From NCBI RefSeq assembly GCF_006345805.1, contig NC_043011.1:29648464-29712463 (forward strand): a DNA stretch of 64,000 nt, read 5' to 3'. This document shows positions 1 to 13,727 of the stretch, piece after piece. Position 1 is the stretch's first letter, and every line of letters starts with the position of its first letter. The notes below the pieces were generated by a model, which saw only the letters and a list, made by a program, of their open reading frames with translations, did no database searches and was not told where the DNA came from. The stretch is from Octopus sinensis. Taxonomy: Eukaryota. Made by a program: the position numbers and the translations under genes.

Positions 1-235
1 ACTACTGGAAATTGATCCATTCTAAGGGCGAGTCCTGAAATAGGTACAACTATTATAGTTATAACACAGTCTAGCAAAATTATGGTTTTCTGTCTTTGGT
101 TAGCAATTGTTATTTCCTATTTGCTTTTATTTAGAAATCAAAGGAAATGACTACTATTCCCTTCAAACTTTGCTTTTGTAACTCGGACACCAATGTTTTG
201 AAACTGGTCTGTTTTCTATTATATTTCAGACAGAT

Positions 236-466
236 TCAGTGCTGAGTTGCTGAAGCAGAAATATTGTGATAGCAAATATTCTGCTCATTACCACAAATTT
301 GCTTGACCATAATCATTCCTACAGGCTCACAAGCATGGATCTTATCTGGACTTTTAGGGAGTTTAAGCATAAAACCCTCTGATGGAACAGCATCTTGAAC
401 TGGATGCAATTTCTTCAGTGGATTAACTCTGAGGTGCCTCTGATTTTGATTTTTATCTGAGTGAAA
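236..466 (-). CDS. Candidate coding exon (possibly terminal) of gene C, unknown product
   Basis: Acceptor ttcttcttgcttcag| at 467; only frame 0 is open: FHSDKNQNQRHLRVNPLKKLHPVQDAVPSEGFMLKLPKSPDKIHACEPVGMIMVKQICGNEQNICYHNISASATQH*. Possible internal donor G|GTAATG near 291. Confidence 0.5.
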   Translation of the reverse strand, partial: FHSDKNQNQRHLRVNPLKKLHPVQDAVPSEGFMLKLPKSPDKIHACEPVGMIMVKQICGNEQNICYHNISASATQH

Positions 467-489
467 CTGAAGCAAGAAGAACATCATCA

Positions 490-930
490 TCATCACCACC
501 ATCATCATCATGTTTCTAACGTCTACTTCTCCATATACTTGCATGGGTGGGATGGAGTTTATTGAAGCAGAATTTCTTTGACCAGATGCCCTTTCCTGTC
601 ACCAACCCTCACCTGTTTTTAAACAATGTAATGTTCCCTCCCTCCGTCAACCACCCACTCATGGCCAGACATGTTTTCACAGAAGATTGGAAATGACTGA
701 CACTGCCTGTATGACAGTGACACTCACTTACAACTATCACATGATGTCAAGACAAGGAGATACATGCACATACATACATGTATAATGCATACATACATAC
801 ATATATGATACATAATACATGCATCCATACACACACACATACACACACATACAGAATGTGCTGCCCAGTCCAAGAATTGAAACAACGACCTTAAACAAAT
901 GATCATGAGCCCATAATCTTAACCACTAGG
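490..930 (-). mobile_element. tRNA-head SINE with central microsatellite and RTE-related (GAT)n tail
   Basis: (CAT)n tail, gatgccctttcctgtcaccaaccctc motif, body shared with 49640-49890, (CA/TA)n spacer, tRNA-like head at 855-930. Confidence 0.7.
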
Positions 931-1382
931 CCACACATAAATGCTACCATAGGCAAGTTCAGTCCCACTGTATACCAGACTGGGCAAGTGTTTTCTACTA
1001 TGGCCTTGGGCCGACCAAAGCCTTGTGAGTGAATATGGTAGACTGAAACTGAAGGAAGCCCGTCATGTATATACATATGTGTATGTATGATGTGTGTGTG
1101 TGCATGTGTGTGTGTGTGTGTGTATATATGTATATATAAATACATGTATATATCTATGTGTATGTGTCTGTGTTTGTACCCACTGCCATTGCTGGACAAC
1201 TGATGTTGGTGTTTTTATGTACTTGTAACCTAGCAGTTCATCAAAAAAGACCAATAGAATAAGTACTAAGATTAAAAAGAACATGTCGTGGGGTTGATTT
1301 CTTTGCCTAAAACCCTTCAAGGTGGTGCCCCAGCATGGCTGCAGTCAAATGACTGAAAAAAGTAAAAGAACAGAATAAAAGA
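930..1382 (+). mobile_element. Family-1 CORE-type tRNA-SINE
   Basis: B-box-like gttcagtccc, CORE-like tgggcaagtg, central (TG/TA)n, tail cagtcaaatgactgaaa...agtaaaag. Confidence 0.85.
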
Positions 1383-1440
1383 TTACAATGGGCTTCTTTC
1401 AGTTTCTGTCTACGAGATCCATTCACAAGGCTTTGGTCTC

Positions 1441-1644
1441 ATTTACTCTTTTACTCTTTTAATTGTTTCAGTCATTTGACTGTGGCCATGCTGGAGCACC
1501 ACATTTAGTTGAGCAAATCGACCCCAGGACTTATTCTTTGTAAGTCTAGTACTTATTCTATCAGTCTCTTTTGCTGAACCGCAAAGTTACGGGGATGTAA
1601 ACACACCAGCATTGGTTGTCAAGCGATGTTGGGGGAACAAACAG

Positions 1645-1675
<31 letters not shown>

Positions 1676-1847
1676 CATATATATGGCGGGCTTCTTTCAG
1701 TTTCCGTCTACCAAATCCATTCACAAGGCTTTGGTTGGAACGAGGCTATAGTAGAAGACACTTGCCCAGGGTGCCATGCAATGAGACTGAACCCGGAATC
1801 ATGTGGTTGGTAAGCAAGCTACTTGCCACGCAGCCACTCCTGCACCT
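1441..1847 (-). mobile_element. Family-1 CORE-type tRNA-SINE
   Basis: Full reverse-complement copy, tail-to-tail with 930-1382. Confidence 0.9.
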
Positions 1848-2279
1848 ATTTGGTCTGTTTGGGATTGTTATAGAAGACACTCGCCTGAAGTGCCATGCAC
1901 TTTTTTTTGGTTTTTCCAGATGTTGTATGTTTACAACTATACTGTCAAGATCCACTTTTCCATTCCACTTCTTTCTAATTTTTTTTTCACTCTTTCAAAC
2001 AGCAGGTTGTAAGTTTAAAAAGATTTGGCTGCAAGTCAAGAATGAAACCATATTTATTCATGCTGTTCTTGGCATTCAACCATTATGTTAATTTCTGATT
2101 AATTATGGTACTAGTGACAGAAAGAGTAGAGAACCAAATAGGCTTTCAACTGTTCTGAGTTGAAATTCCAGAAGGTATTCTTTAGATGTGTCACACCTCA
2201 CAGCAGCAACCATTGCTAATTATATTCTCATAACTCTGTGGTTAATAAGATCACTTTGCAACCATGGGGTTTCTGGTTC

Positions 2280-2550
2280 AAGTAGTAGAAGAAGACACTA
2301 AGGCAAGGCTGTTTATGGAAGATCAGCAGTCACCTATGCACCCCAACTTCCTCTCTCAATGCCACCAATGTTATCCAAGAGAAAGGTAAAGGCTGATACA
2401 GCTTGGTACAGGTGATGTTGCAACTCATTTCTTCAGTTGAGTGAACTGGCACAAGGCAAAATAAAGTGTCTTGCTCAAGAACACGACACACAGCCAGGTC
2501 CAGGAACCGAACTCACTACCTCATGATTGTGAATCTGACTCTCTAACCAC
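2280..2550 (-). mobile_element. Family-3 tRNA-SINE (tail type c)
   Basis: gtgtcttgctcaagaacac motif; tail shared with 27520-27830 and 28180-28505. Confidence 0.75.
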
Positions 2551-2934
2551 TGACTCATGTGTGTGTGTCTGTGTATATGTATGTATATATGTATATATTT
2601 ATGTCTGTGTGTCCGTGTTTGTTCTCACAACCATTTTTATCTAAATGATTTTATATTACAAGATTTTTATAGTCAATTGTTTATATATGTACGTATAAAT
2701 TTTGAGTTAAAACTTTCTAGTCATATGAATGTTATAGCATAAAATATAGTCATTGGGGTTCAACTAGACATTGGTTTTCTGTGAAATTATTTTTTCTGTT
2801 CCTTTTTTAGATATTCTGATGAACTACAAGTAAATTCTTTTTGTATTTGTACTGGTATGAATCGTTATACTAAATAATTTTGTTTTATTTTATATTTAGT
2901 GCTATATGTATAGTTTACCAGTCTGGAACCCCTA

Positions 2935-3490
2935 TCTTGCTCAGAATATTAATCGTCTGGAAACCGTTCAGTGATGTGCAGCCAAGAGAATACCCTCCAT
3001 CAGGCATTTGCCATATTCTGAACATCTTACTTCCCTGGGCATAGATACATTGAAACTCTGACGTCTGGCAACTGACTTGGCAGACACCCATAAAATTATT
3101 AACCATCTTACTAACAATAACTCCCTGCACCTTTTCAAACTCCACCTGTCTAACACCTGTGGACATGTTTACAAAGTCAGAAAACAGTACAGCTCCCATG
3201 AATTTCGGAAACATTTTTTCACGCTAAGAGTTGCTGAAGTATGGAACAAACTGCTAGCATTAGTTGTTAGTTGTCGGAGCACTGCATCCTTCAAAACTTC
3301 CATTCTTCCTGAGATTCACCAACACTACACCTGATTTTCTCCCCTCCATACACATGCAAGCATGTATCTGACTCATACACTGTTCACTTTCCGGACATTT
3401 GTACATTACTGCATATGCTTTATACGCACTTTTGACAAGTTGTGGTGCACCTGAGCACTGTATACAATAATTTCATCATTATTTTAAAAA
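2935..3490 (+). mobile_element. CR1-clade LINE 3' fragment
   Basis: Interrupted translation RLETVQ..AAKRIPSIRHLPYSE..LGIDTLKL..LATDLADTHKII...GHVYKVRKQ..FRKHFFTLRVAEVWNKL, the typical CR1 ORF2 C-terminus, followed by a 3' UTR. Confidence 0.85.
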
Positions 3491-3884
3491 GTGTTGATTT
3501 CTTTCAATAAAAGGTTTTTTCAGTCAATATATTATATTTTAATTTCCCTCCATTAAACACTAATAATTACAAATATATACCTATAAAGTGATAAATTTCT
3601 TGTTCTGTATCATGCACTCACACATATACACAAAATTAAACAAATATTACATTATGGATAATGCAGAAATGTGCAAAAATAAAAGGGGTTCCCTTGGCAT
3701 CGCAATAGCCTTTTGTGTAATTCCAACCCTGCCGTCCCACAAAGGGTTAATAACGATGGAATTAACTATTTTGTTAAAAAACCTTCAGGTATTTTGATTA
3801 TTTTCAAAATGAAATTAAATGAAACATGCAGACTATGTATTGCTTTAAAAATATGATCATGAATGGATCTAGTGCCTCCTTCTA

Positions 3885-4095
3885 AAATACTGGTTTCAAA
3901 TTTTGGCACAAGGCCTGTAATTTCGAGGGAGGGGCTAAGTTGGTCACATTAACCTCTGTACTTATTTTATCGACACTGAAAAGATGACAGGCAATGTGGA
4001 CTGTGGTGAAATTTGAACTCAGGACGTGAAGCAGGATGAAATGCTGGTGAGCATTTTGCTTAGCTTGCTAACAGTTCTTGCCAGTTCACCACCTT
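3885..4095 (-). mobile_element. Family-2 SINE, degenerate
   Basis: tacttattttatcgac...aaatttgaactcag motif shared with the other family-2 copies. Confidence 0.7.
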
Positions 4096-4139
4096 AAACC
4101 TCCCTCTGAAATATTACAAACGCCATTGTCCCCATCATC

Positions 4140-5376
4140 ATCACTAATCACTATCACCATAAGCCAACACAACCACGACCACGACGACGACCACCACCAC
4201 ATCTCCACAATCCACTCCACCAACACCAGTACCCTTCACCACCACCATCACCAGTACCATCAGCACTACCATCACTATCATCAACACCACACAGTCCACC
4301 CCCACCACTGCCACCATCAGCATCATAATCATCATCCCCAACACCATCACTATCATCGTCATCATCATCATCACCACCACCACCACACCACCACCACCAC
4401 CACCACTAACAGTCCACCCCACCCCATCAACCAATATCCCATCCCCCACCTTCACCATACCCTATACCACCCTCATCAAAGAAACGGTTAAACATTTGGT
4501 TAAAAACCCTGGGTTCAATTTGATTATCTATTTCTGGTTCTCTAAAAAAAAATTGCTTTTGTACTTAATTAAATGAAACCATATGAAGACAATATAAAGC
4601 AGGTAGAGTGTTTGCTGCCTTCTTGAGGGCAAGATATGGCTTTCTGAAAGAAGTGTAATGTTTAAGGGGAAAATCGATATACTGAAATATATTGTTGCTA
4701 ATTTAATTTCATTTAAAACCTTTTTTTTTTTGCAATTAATTGTGAATTTTAGGAACACCTATTTATATTTTCTCATCTAAGCTCTTGTTAATTATTTGAT
4801 GGAAGTAATTACAACTGAATTTTAAAGACATGAAAATGCAAAGAAAATTTTTTGGTGAAACGATGAAAAACAATTTTTTTGTTATTTAAAAAATTTTTTC
4901 TTTTTAAAGTTTCAATGGAGAAATTTATTCTGAAACTTCGCTTTTTAAAACATTTTGTTTGGGGATTTTAGGAATTGTCATTGGCATTGTCATCATAATC
5001 ATCATCATCACCACTACCACTACCACCACCACCACCACCACCACCACCATCACCACCACCACCACCACCACCACCTACGCTACCACCACCATCAGCATCA
5101 TAATCGTCATCATAATCATCATCACCACCACCGCAAACATCATTATCATCACCATCACCATCACCACCACCACCAACACCACCAACACCACTACCTCTAG
5201 AATCACCATCACCATCATCATTGTTATTCTAACAGCAACTTTTCCATGCTTGCTTGCATTGGACAGATTTTATTGAGGCAGATTTCACTTTGATGGCATG
5301 CATTACTCTCTCAATAATAATGATATTAATAAAGATAATTGTAATAATTATTTTTGTAGTTATTATAATCATTATA

Positions 5377-5417
<41 letters not shown>

Positions 5418-5445
5418 AATTATTATCATCATTATTATTATTCTC
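4140..5445. repeat. (CAT/CAC)n and (AAT)n microsatellite blocks (4140-4480, 4985-5230, 5340-5445)
   Basis: Seen directly; source of the poly-His/Thr/Ile ORFs. Confidence 0.9.
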
Positions 5446-5449
5446 AAGA

Positions 5450-5690
5450 CGTGTGGGTATATAGCCTCGTGGTAAGAGTGTTGCACACACGATCACAAGA
5501 TCGCGGTTTCAGTTCCTAGTCTGGCTGATGCATTGTGTCCGTGAGTAAAATGCTTCATCTCATGTTGCTCTGTAATCACTTCAACACCTGACATGGTACA
5601 CTTGTGCACCTGTTCAGACAACGTTGATTTAATGGAGGAATTGACCTAATGCCTTTCATAAGCATTAGATCACCATAAACAAATCACTGA
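5450..5690 (+). mobile_element. Family-3 tRNA-SINE (tail type b)
   Basis: tRNA-like head tagcctcgtggtaagagtg...ggtttcagttcc; tail similar to 12860-13070. Confidence 0.65.
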
Positions 5691-5731
5691 TGCCAGCTGA
5701 ACACACATACATTGTCTTTGGTAGGAGAGTC

Positions 5732-5766
<35 letters not shown>

Positions 5767-5794
5767 CATAAATATATATGGATACATATGTATA

Positions 5795-5955
5795 TACTCT
5801 TTTTTACTCTTTTACTTGTTTCAGTCATTTGACTGCGGCCATGCTGGAGCACCGCCTTTAGTCGAGCAAATCGACCCCGGGACTTATTCTTTGTAAGCCC
5901 AGTACTTATTCTATTGGTCTCTTTTTTGCCGAACCGCTAAGTGACGGGGACGTAA

Positions 5956-5995
<40 letters not shown>

Positions 5996-6155
5996 GACAG
6001 GCTTCTTTCAGTTTCCATCTACCAAATTCACTCACAAGGCATTGGTCGGCCCGGGGCTATAGCAGAAAACACTTGCCCAAGATGCCACGCAGTGGGACTG
6101 AACCCGGAACCATGTGGTTGGTTAGCAAGCTACTTACCACACAGCTACTCCTACG

Positions 6156-6157
<2 letters not shown>
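5795..6157 (-). mobile_element. Family-1 SINE with internal deletion
   Basis: Tail, (TA)n and head all recognisable. Confidence 0.9.
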
Positions 6158-6200
<43 letters not shown>

Positions 6201-6454
6201 TATATACATATGTATCCATATATATATATGGGTACAGGACGTCACCAACTGTGTAAACAAGATGAAGTATGAAAATTTCACTTAGCAAATTATTTTATTT
6301 GCTAAAATAAGTCAGAAACCATGGTCCAGGAAATAGATGGTATATGTTTTTATTTTCCATTCCCTTCGAGAATTTATCCCTAATTAGTGGTTTTCGACTT
6401 TAGCTGTTCTTTGAATGTACACTGTATTTTATATATATATATACATATATATAT

Positions 6455-6511
<57 letters not shown>

Positions 6512-7424
6512 TATATATATATACACATATATATGTATATACACACACATATATACACACACACATATATATATATCATATATTATTATTATTATTATAC
6601 ACACACACATATATATGTATATATTTATCTTCCCATCTACAAAGGAGGCATAAAAACTTTCACACATGTAATATGTACATGATGAGACTTCCACCTGTGT
6701 GTTTCACAATTTCACTCATGATGTGTTGGTTAGGCCAAACCTATATTAGAAGACATTTGCCCAAGGTACTGTAGTCTGGGACAAAACCTGAAACCATACG
6801 ACTGGGAAGCAAGCTTCTTATCCATACAGCCATATGTATTTCTATTCATTTTTCCAAATATAAATATGTGTGTGGGTGCATGTAGGTTGGTGGGTATATA
6901 TCAGCTATCTTTCTGATTTCTGTGTATCAAATTCCTCCTGAAGGCTGTGGATGCCCCAGGGCTGTAAGTAAAAGACACTTGCCCAAAGTGCCATGCTGTC
7001 AATCTGAACACAAAACCATATGGCTTGGAAACACACTTCTTAACCACACAGCCATGTCTGCATCTGCTTAAAAAATAAATAATTCAGAGACATCATCCAT
7101 CAGAAAAACGAAATATTTCAAATAAGCTGCTTAGTTGCCTACAATACATCATTCATAATTTATGAGTTATTAAAGGCATCTTGGTTTTATGTCTCTTCAT
7201 GATGGATAAAGTATGGAGACGAACACTAAAATAAACTAGACCAGATGTAATAAATATAGCTTTAAGGTGAAAACATCACCAATTTTCCGATTCATCATAG
7301 CAGAAAGAATAACATGTGGGATCAAAACCAATATTTGGTGATGACAATTAAACACATTAGGAAATGTAGTCAATAAATTGATTGTTAATCAGCTTATATT
7401 GCTGTGTCTTTATGGTTAATATAG

Positions 7425-8025
7425 TCATTTCAAATTTTGGCACAAGACCAGCAATTTTGGGGGAGGGGATAAGATGATTACATCGACCCCTTCCCCCAGT
7501 ACTCAACTGGTACTTATTTTATTGACCCGGAAGGATGAAAGGCAAAGTCAACCTCGGTGGAATATGAACTCTGCCACTAAGCATTTTGTCTGGCATGCTA
7601 ACAATTCTAATTTCTTTATTGCCCACAAAGGGCTAAACATAGAGGGGACAAACAAGGACAGACAAAGGGATTAAGTCGATTACATCGACCCCAGTGTGTA
7701 ACTGGTACTTAATTTATCGATCTCTGAAAGGATGAATGGCAGTCGACCTCGGCGGAATTTGAACTCAGAAAGTAGAGACAGACAAAATACCTATTTATTT
7801 ACTACTCACAAGGGGCTAAACACAGAGAGGACAAACAAGGACAGACAAACGGATTAAGTCGATTATATCGACCCCAGTGCATAACTGGTACTTATTTAAT
7901 CGACCCCGAAAGATATGAAAGGCAAAGTCGACCTTGGCGGAATTTGAACTCAGAACGTAGTAGCAGACGAAATACCGCTAAGCATTTCACCCGGTGTGCT
8001 AATAATTCTGCCAGCTTACATGCAA
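7425..8025 (-). mobile_element. Three tandem family-2 SINEs (core resembling the Meta-domain motif cctttcatcctttcggggtcgataa..agtaccag)
   Basis: Motif tacatcgaccccag...actggtact...cgacc..ggcggaatttgaactcag repeated three times. Confidence 0.85.
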
Positions 8026-8509
8026 ACAATCCTGGTAGCCCACTGCCTTACAACAATACACTATTGGTTTCAAATTTTGGTGCAAGGCCAGCAATTACTT
8101 TCTGGCTAACCATGAATCTTCTCTTCAACAGCACACCTGTTTCTGTCCTCATTCTCGATCACTCTTTCTCTCCCCTTCTCTTGCTCCTCCCTCCAGCTAG
8201 GTAACCACCTATCTCCTTTACAGCAGCATACCTGCTCCTGCCCACTTTCTTGTTAAATCTCTCTCCCTCTCTTTCTTTCTCTCTCCTTCTCGTTCTTTCT
8301 CTCTCCCTCTCTTTCTTTCTCTCTCCTTCTCGTTCTTTCTCTCTCCCTCTCTTTCTCTCTCTCTGGCTGATTAACCATGTACCTCCTCTTGTTTCTGTCT
8401 CTCTGTCACACTCTAACCATTCATCATCCAACACAAGATCTCCTCCTCCCCTCTCAAAGATTCCTTGTCTTGCAAAGTTACTTGATGACCTTGTCAGTGC
8501 AAGTACCAC

Positions 8510-8835
8510 TTAAAAATAATCCAGTCCTCACTGTAAAGTGGTTGGCATTTGGAAGGGCATCCAGCTGTAAAAGCCATGCCAAAACTGACCTCACCTGTGC
8601 TGGTGCCACATAAAAAGGACTCAGCTCACTCTGCAGAGTGGTTGGTGTTAGGAGGGGCATCCATCCATAAAAAAAAACATGCCAAAACAGACACAGAAGT
8701 CTGGTGCAGTCTTCTGCCTGGCCAGGACCTGTCATTTACCATCGAACCGAAGCCAGCATGGAAGGAGCACGTTAAACGATAATGATGTTGATGATGATGA
8801 TGATGATGATGGTGATGATGATGGTGATGATGATG
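8510..8835 (+). mobile_element. RTE-type LINE 3' UTR fragment with (GAT)n tail
   Basis: Two gttggc.ttaggaagggcatcca modules, then gccagcatgga...cgttaaacgat(gat)n. Confidence 0.75.
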
Positions 8836-9438
8836 ATGGAGATTTCGATGAATCATACATCCATGCATACAAACATACATTAATACATAAATACATACAT
8901 GCAGAAATACATACATACATACATACAGGTTGTCTCCCCCCCCCCAAAAAAAATGTATATGCACTTCTACAGCAGATAACTCAGATTTTCCTTGCTTCTT
9001 TTCTGACTTCACCCAACAGAATTAATAATGGTGTCAAGACTTAGCTTCAAAGAAAGGAAATTCATCTTACAATGCTACTGGAAGTATGAAAACGCAGTTG
9101 AAGTCCAAACTTAGTATAGAAAGGGGGTATCACTCAGATCCACCTACATGGTTAGCCTTCTGTTTAATCAAGATTAAAATTTGAATCTGATGGAACTGTA
9201 TGGGACTTACACAGAAATATTTCCAGAAGATCATGGACATCAACAACCCCAGAAAGCAAGAAAGGTTACAAGAAAGTTTTCACAGAAGTTTGAGAAAATC
9301 TGTGAGGCAAGTGAGCTATGATGTGAGGATTTCAAAAATGTCTGTTCATCACATTTTGAAGTACTGCCATCAGACAAGTTACATCCCAACATTACTCCAT
9401 GCTATCAATGAAAATGTTTCAGACAGAGAACTGGAGTA

Positions 9439-9820
9439 CAATAATCCCTCGACTGTCATGGGTGTTACATTCCAAAACACCCCACGATAGGTGAAAATCT
9501 GTGAATTAGAAACAGTACTGTATTCTTTTTTTTTTATTAATTTTATAATTTGTATATATCTATTTTATTATAAATGCAAAGCAACACCACACACTTGCTT
9601 CCTGAGTTTCGTTTTCCATACAGTATATGCAATTCTTTGTTTACTCATCTATGGTACACTATGGCGTAGGAGTAGCTGTGTGGTAAGTAGCTTGCTTACC
9701 AACTTCATGGTTCTGGGTTCAGCCCCACTGTGTGGCACCTTGGGCAAGTGTCTTCTACTATAGCCTTGGGCTGACCAAAGCCTTGTGAGTGGATTTGGTA
9801 GATGGAAACTGAAAGAAGCC

Positions 9821-9858
<38 letters not shown>

Positions 9859-10355
9859 GTGTGTATATGTTTGTGTGTCTGTGTTTGTCCTCCCAACATC
9901 ACTTGACAATGGATGCTGGTGTGTTTATGTCCCCGTAACTTAGTGGTTTGGCAAAAGAAACCGATAGAATAAGTACTAAGCTTACAAAGAATAAGACCTG
10001 GGGTCGATTTGCTCGACTAAAGGTGGTGCTCCAGTATGGCCACAGTCAAATGACTGAAACAAGTAAAAGAGTAAAAGAGTAAAGAGTATGTATTTTCTTT
10101 TGATATATTTTAATTAATGTGCTGTACAGTGCAGTACTGTACTATATTTCTTTTTATTAATTCATTAATTTTTAGGCATGAAAATGCTTATTTTACCACA
10201 GAAATCATTAAAATCTCAAAAAATATAAATATTGGCCACAGAAACCCGAGATACACTGAGGAGTCTGCAATGTATATTTACATATTTTAGCCATAAAAAA
10301 TCCATTATGTGCTGAGAGGGCAATAGGTGAACCATGATATGGTGAGTTATTATTG
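9439..10355. mobile_element. pogo/Tigger-like MITE inside the transposase
   Basis: ta|caataatccctcgactgtcatgg ... ccatgatatggtgagttattattg|ta; removing it rejoins the transposase reading DRELEY-CEQY. Confidence 0.8.
9663..10086 (+). mobile_element. Family-1 SINE nested in the MITE
   Basis: Full head-microsatellite-tail copy ending (agtaaaag)3. Confidence 0.9.
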
Positions 10356-11332
10356 TATTGTGAACAATACTCGTCAAAATGCTTAAGAGATCCACAGATT
10401 TATGTTTTCCAACAAAAGTTACGTAGAGTGACAGGTCTATATTTAATCTTTAGGAGATGACAGGGCTGATCTATTGACCGGAAAGTCGAATGACAAAGCT
10501 TGTATTAGTTCATTCAAATTTCTTACAAGACTGTATATAGTTTTATATATGTAAAGTAATTACTTAATTTTATATATATTTTTGTCTTAAATAACTGCAT
10601 GCCCTTGTAGGTCTTGTGAAATAGGTTCCGTTTTTTTTGGCACTGAAACTCCAAATGAGGCTCCATCTCCATAGGGTCGAATTAAATGGTTCAATTATCT
10701 ACACAGTTGCATGTACTGGGGGCCTGAAAATCTGTGTGTTACAGAACATGAAGTTAATTTACTAGGAGTTACTGTGTGGTGTGGCATTACATCAAGAGGA
10801 TTAATTGGACCATTCTTCTGTGATGCTACTGTGACCGATCCCATTTACTTGAACATGCTACAACAGTCTAGCATGCCAAGCATTAGAGAAGTCTTTGAAG
10901 ACAAGGAATTTTATTCCCAGCAAGATGGAGCATCACCACACTACCGTTGTGATGTATGATCCTACCTTAATGAGATGTTGCTAAGCATGTGAATTGGAAG
11001 AAAAGGTTTTGCACAATACACTTCTCATTCACCAGGCCTCGCTCCTTTAAATTATTTTTCTTATGAGGAATACATAAAAGATAAAGTGTACACTACAAAA
11101 TCAGCAACAGTCACTGAACTAAGATTTGCCATTGAACAAGAATTCACTCCAAAAACTAATGAAATATTATTTGCTGCTTGCAATTCCATTCTAAACAATG
11201 TCTGCACCAGAATGGACATCAATTTCAAAACAGGTGATAGCATAATCTTTAAAAAATGCTTTTCGATAAATTCTGCCTTTATATGCATTATTTAAACTAT
11301 ATACACATTTTTCCAGGTTTAAATGTAATTGA

Positions 11333-11681
11333 CCCTTTCGTTACTGTATTTATTTTGAGATGTTCTGTGTTTCTCTCAATTATTTTGGGAAGGGCATCCA
11401 GCTGTAGAAACACTGCCAGATCAGACTGGAGCCTGGTGCAGCCTCCTGGCTTCCCAGACCCTGGTTGAACCGTCAAACCCATGCTAGCATGGAAAACGGA
11501 CGTTAAACGATGATGATGATGATGAAAGAATTTTGTAAAATAACTTAGTTATCATTAAGCTAGTGTTAGGAACAATAATTGTGACTAAGGTTTAGTGGAA
11601 AATTTTAATTAAAACTTATCAAAACAAGACATTTGTACTACAGACCCAGAGCCTGTTTCAGCCGGGTTGGTAACGAATGAG
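11333..11681. mobile_element. piggyBac-like MITE containing an RTE 3' end (11385-11525)
   Basis: ttga|ccctttcgttac ... gtaacgaatgag|ttaa. Confidence 0.7.
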
Positions 11682-12254
11682 TTAAATAATGTCTATAAAT
11701 TATATTATTGTCTAGAAAGGACGTGCATTTTAATAAATAATCCCTTTACTGTAGTACAAGTGTGTATACATTTTTGGGGGACACCTTATATGAATGCATG
11801 CATAAACATAAATAGGCCCCTATTTTTTGAAGGTTATATTTGTCACATTTAAAAATACCAAAATATGAAAACGACAACAGCTATAAAAGCATACAACAAG
11901 CATCATTCCCTTGCCCCTACCCCCACTCTCCTGCCTCATCAGAAAATAAATGGTAACAGGAAAGAATCTATATCAACAGGTATTCCTCATTTTTAATCTG
12001 AGCAGAACTGTGAACTGAATAGGATAGAAAATAGAATCTGATGATGTTCAACTCTTGGAATAGTAGTAAACAATTAGTAAGATCAGAATGGTTGATTAAT
12101 GAGCTCAGTTTCCTGTAGAATGTACACAGAATTGGTATAGGAAATTGGTCAACTAAATGGATATTCCATATTGAGACATCAAGTATCAATACTTACTACT
12201 AATATACATTTAAATATATATGTTTATGTGTGTGTGTGTGGTGTGTGTGTGTGT

Positions 12255-12291
<37 letters not shown>

Positions 12292-12603
12292 CGTGTGTGT
12301 GTGCATATATGTGTGTGGGTGTTGACAAGAAGTTTCATATATTTCAGGTAGAATGGAAATCATTATGTTGTAATTTTCATGGATTTCTAAAGAACATTTT
12401 TCAACAAATCTAACAGAGCCATACTCAAACAACCATGATAAATTATTTTAGTAACATACACACACACACACACATTGAATACATGTGTGTGTGTGTAATT
12501 AAGCACACATATACAGGTGCAGGCATGGCTGTATGACTAAGAAATTTGCCTTCTCAATCACACAATTTCAGGTTCCATACTGACCAAAGCCATTAGTGAA
12601 TTT

Positions 12604-13070
12604 GTGGAGGCACATGGCTTAGTGGTTAGAGTATTGGACTCATGATTGTAAGATTGCGGTTTCGATTCCTGGACCAGGTGATGCATTGCGTTCTTGAGCA
12701 AAATACTTCATTTCACGCTGCTCCAGGTCACTCAGCTGGTCAAAATGAGTAATCTCTAAAGAGACTGGCATCTAATCCAGATGGAGAATTTATACAGCAA
12801 GGAAACCAGAGAAACTGGCACTTATGAGTCAGCATCACTCGAGAAGAAAAATTTGGCAGTCAGATCACCGGATCATGGTTTCAATTCCCAGAGTGAGCAG
12901 TGCATTGCGTTCTTGAGCAAAACACTTCATTTCACATTTGCTCTGAAGTCATTTCAGCATTTGACTTGTGCAAGCAACGTTGATTTTATAGTGGGAATGA
13001 GCTAACATACAGAATACACATTTGATCACTATAAACGAATCCTCTGTGCAGGTTGATCTGCAAAAAATTA
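12604..13070 (+). mobile_element. Two adjacent family-3 SINEs with different tails
   Basis: ggaggcacatggcttagtggttag...ggtttcgattcc...gcattgcgttcttgagcaaaa occurs twice. Confidence 0.75.
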
Positions 13071-13104
13071 TAGAGACCTCTTCTGTTATCTGTAACAGAA
13101 ATGT

Positions 13105-13552
13105 CCACGCATGGCTGTGTGGTAAGAAGCTTTCTTTGCAACCACATGGTTGCAGGTTCAGCTCCACTGTGTGACACTTTGGACAAGTGTCTTCTACTAA
13201 AGCTTTGGGCCAACCAAAGCCTTGTGAGTGGATTTGGTAGATGGAAACTGAAAGAAGCCCATTTTATATATATGTATATATAGATATATGTGTAGTTATA
13301 CATCTAGATATATATATATGTGTGTGTGTGTGTATCTAGACGTGTGTGTGTGCATGTCCCCTGATCACTGCTTGATAATCAGTGTTGGTGTGTTTACGTC
13401 CCCATAACTTAGCAGTTTGGCACGAGAAACTGATTGAATAAGTACTCGGCTTAAAAAATATTCTAGAGTCAATTTATTTGACTAAAAACCCTTCAAGGTG
13501 ATGCTCCAGCATGGCTGCAGTGAAATGACTGAAAGAAGTAAAAGACAAAAGA
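13105..13552 (+). mobile_element. Family-1 SINE
   Basis: Complete modular copy. Confidence 0.85.
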
Positions 13553-13647
13553 TGTAATATATATATATACATGGCGGTGCCCCAGCATGACCGCAGCCTC
13601 AAGGATGAAACATATAAAAGAATAAAAGAATATATATATATATATTT

Positions 13648-13727
<80 letters not shown>

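Larger units (their letters stand above)
8926..11788 (+). mobile_element. Tc1/mariner (maT-like) transposon, degenerate, with nested insertions
   Basis: TIRs ta|caggttgtc..ccaaaaaaatgtata at 8926 and its inverse ending 11788|ta. N-terminal half 9027-9436 (MVSRLSFKERKFILQCYWKYENAVEV); catalytic half 10680-11250 ([25 protein letters not shown]...QQDGASPHY...). Confidence 0.85.
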
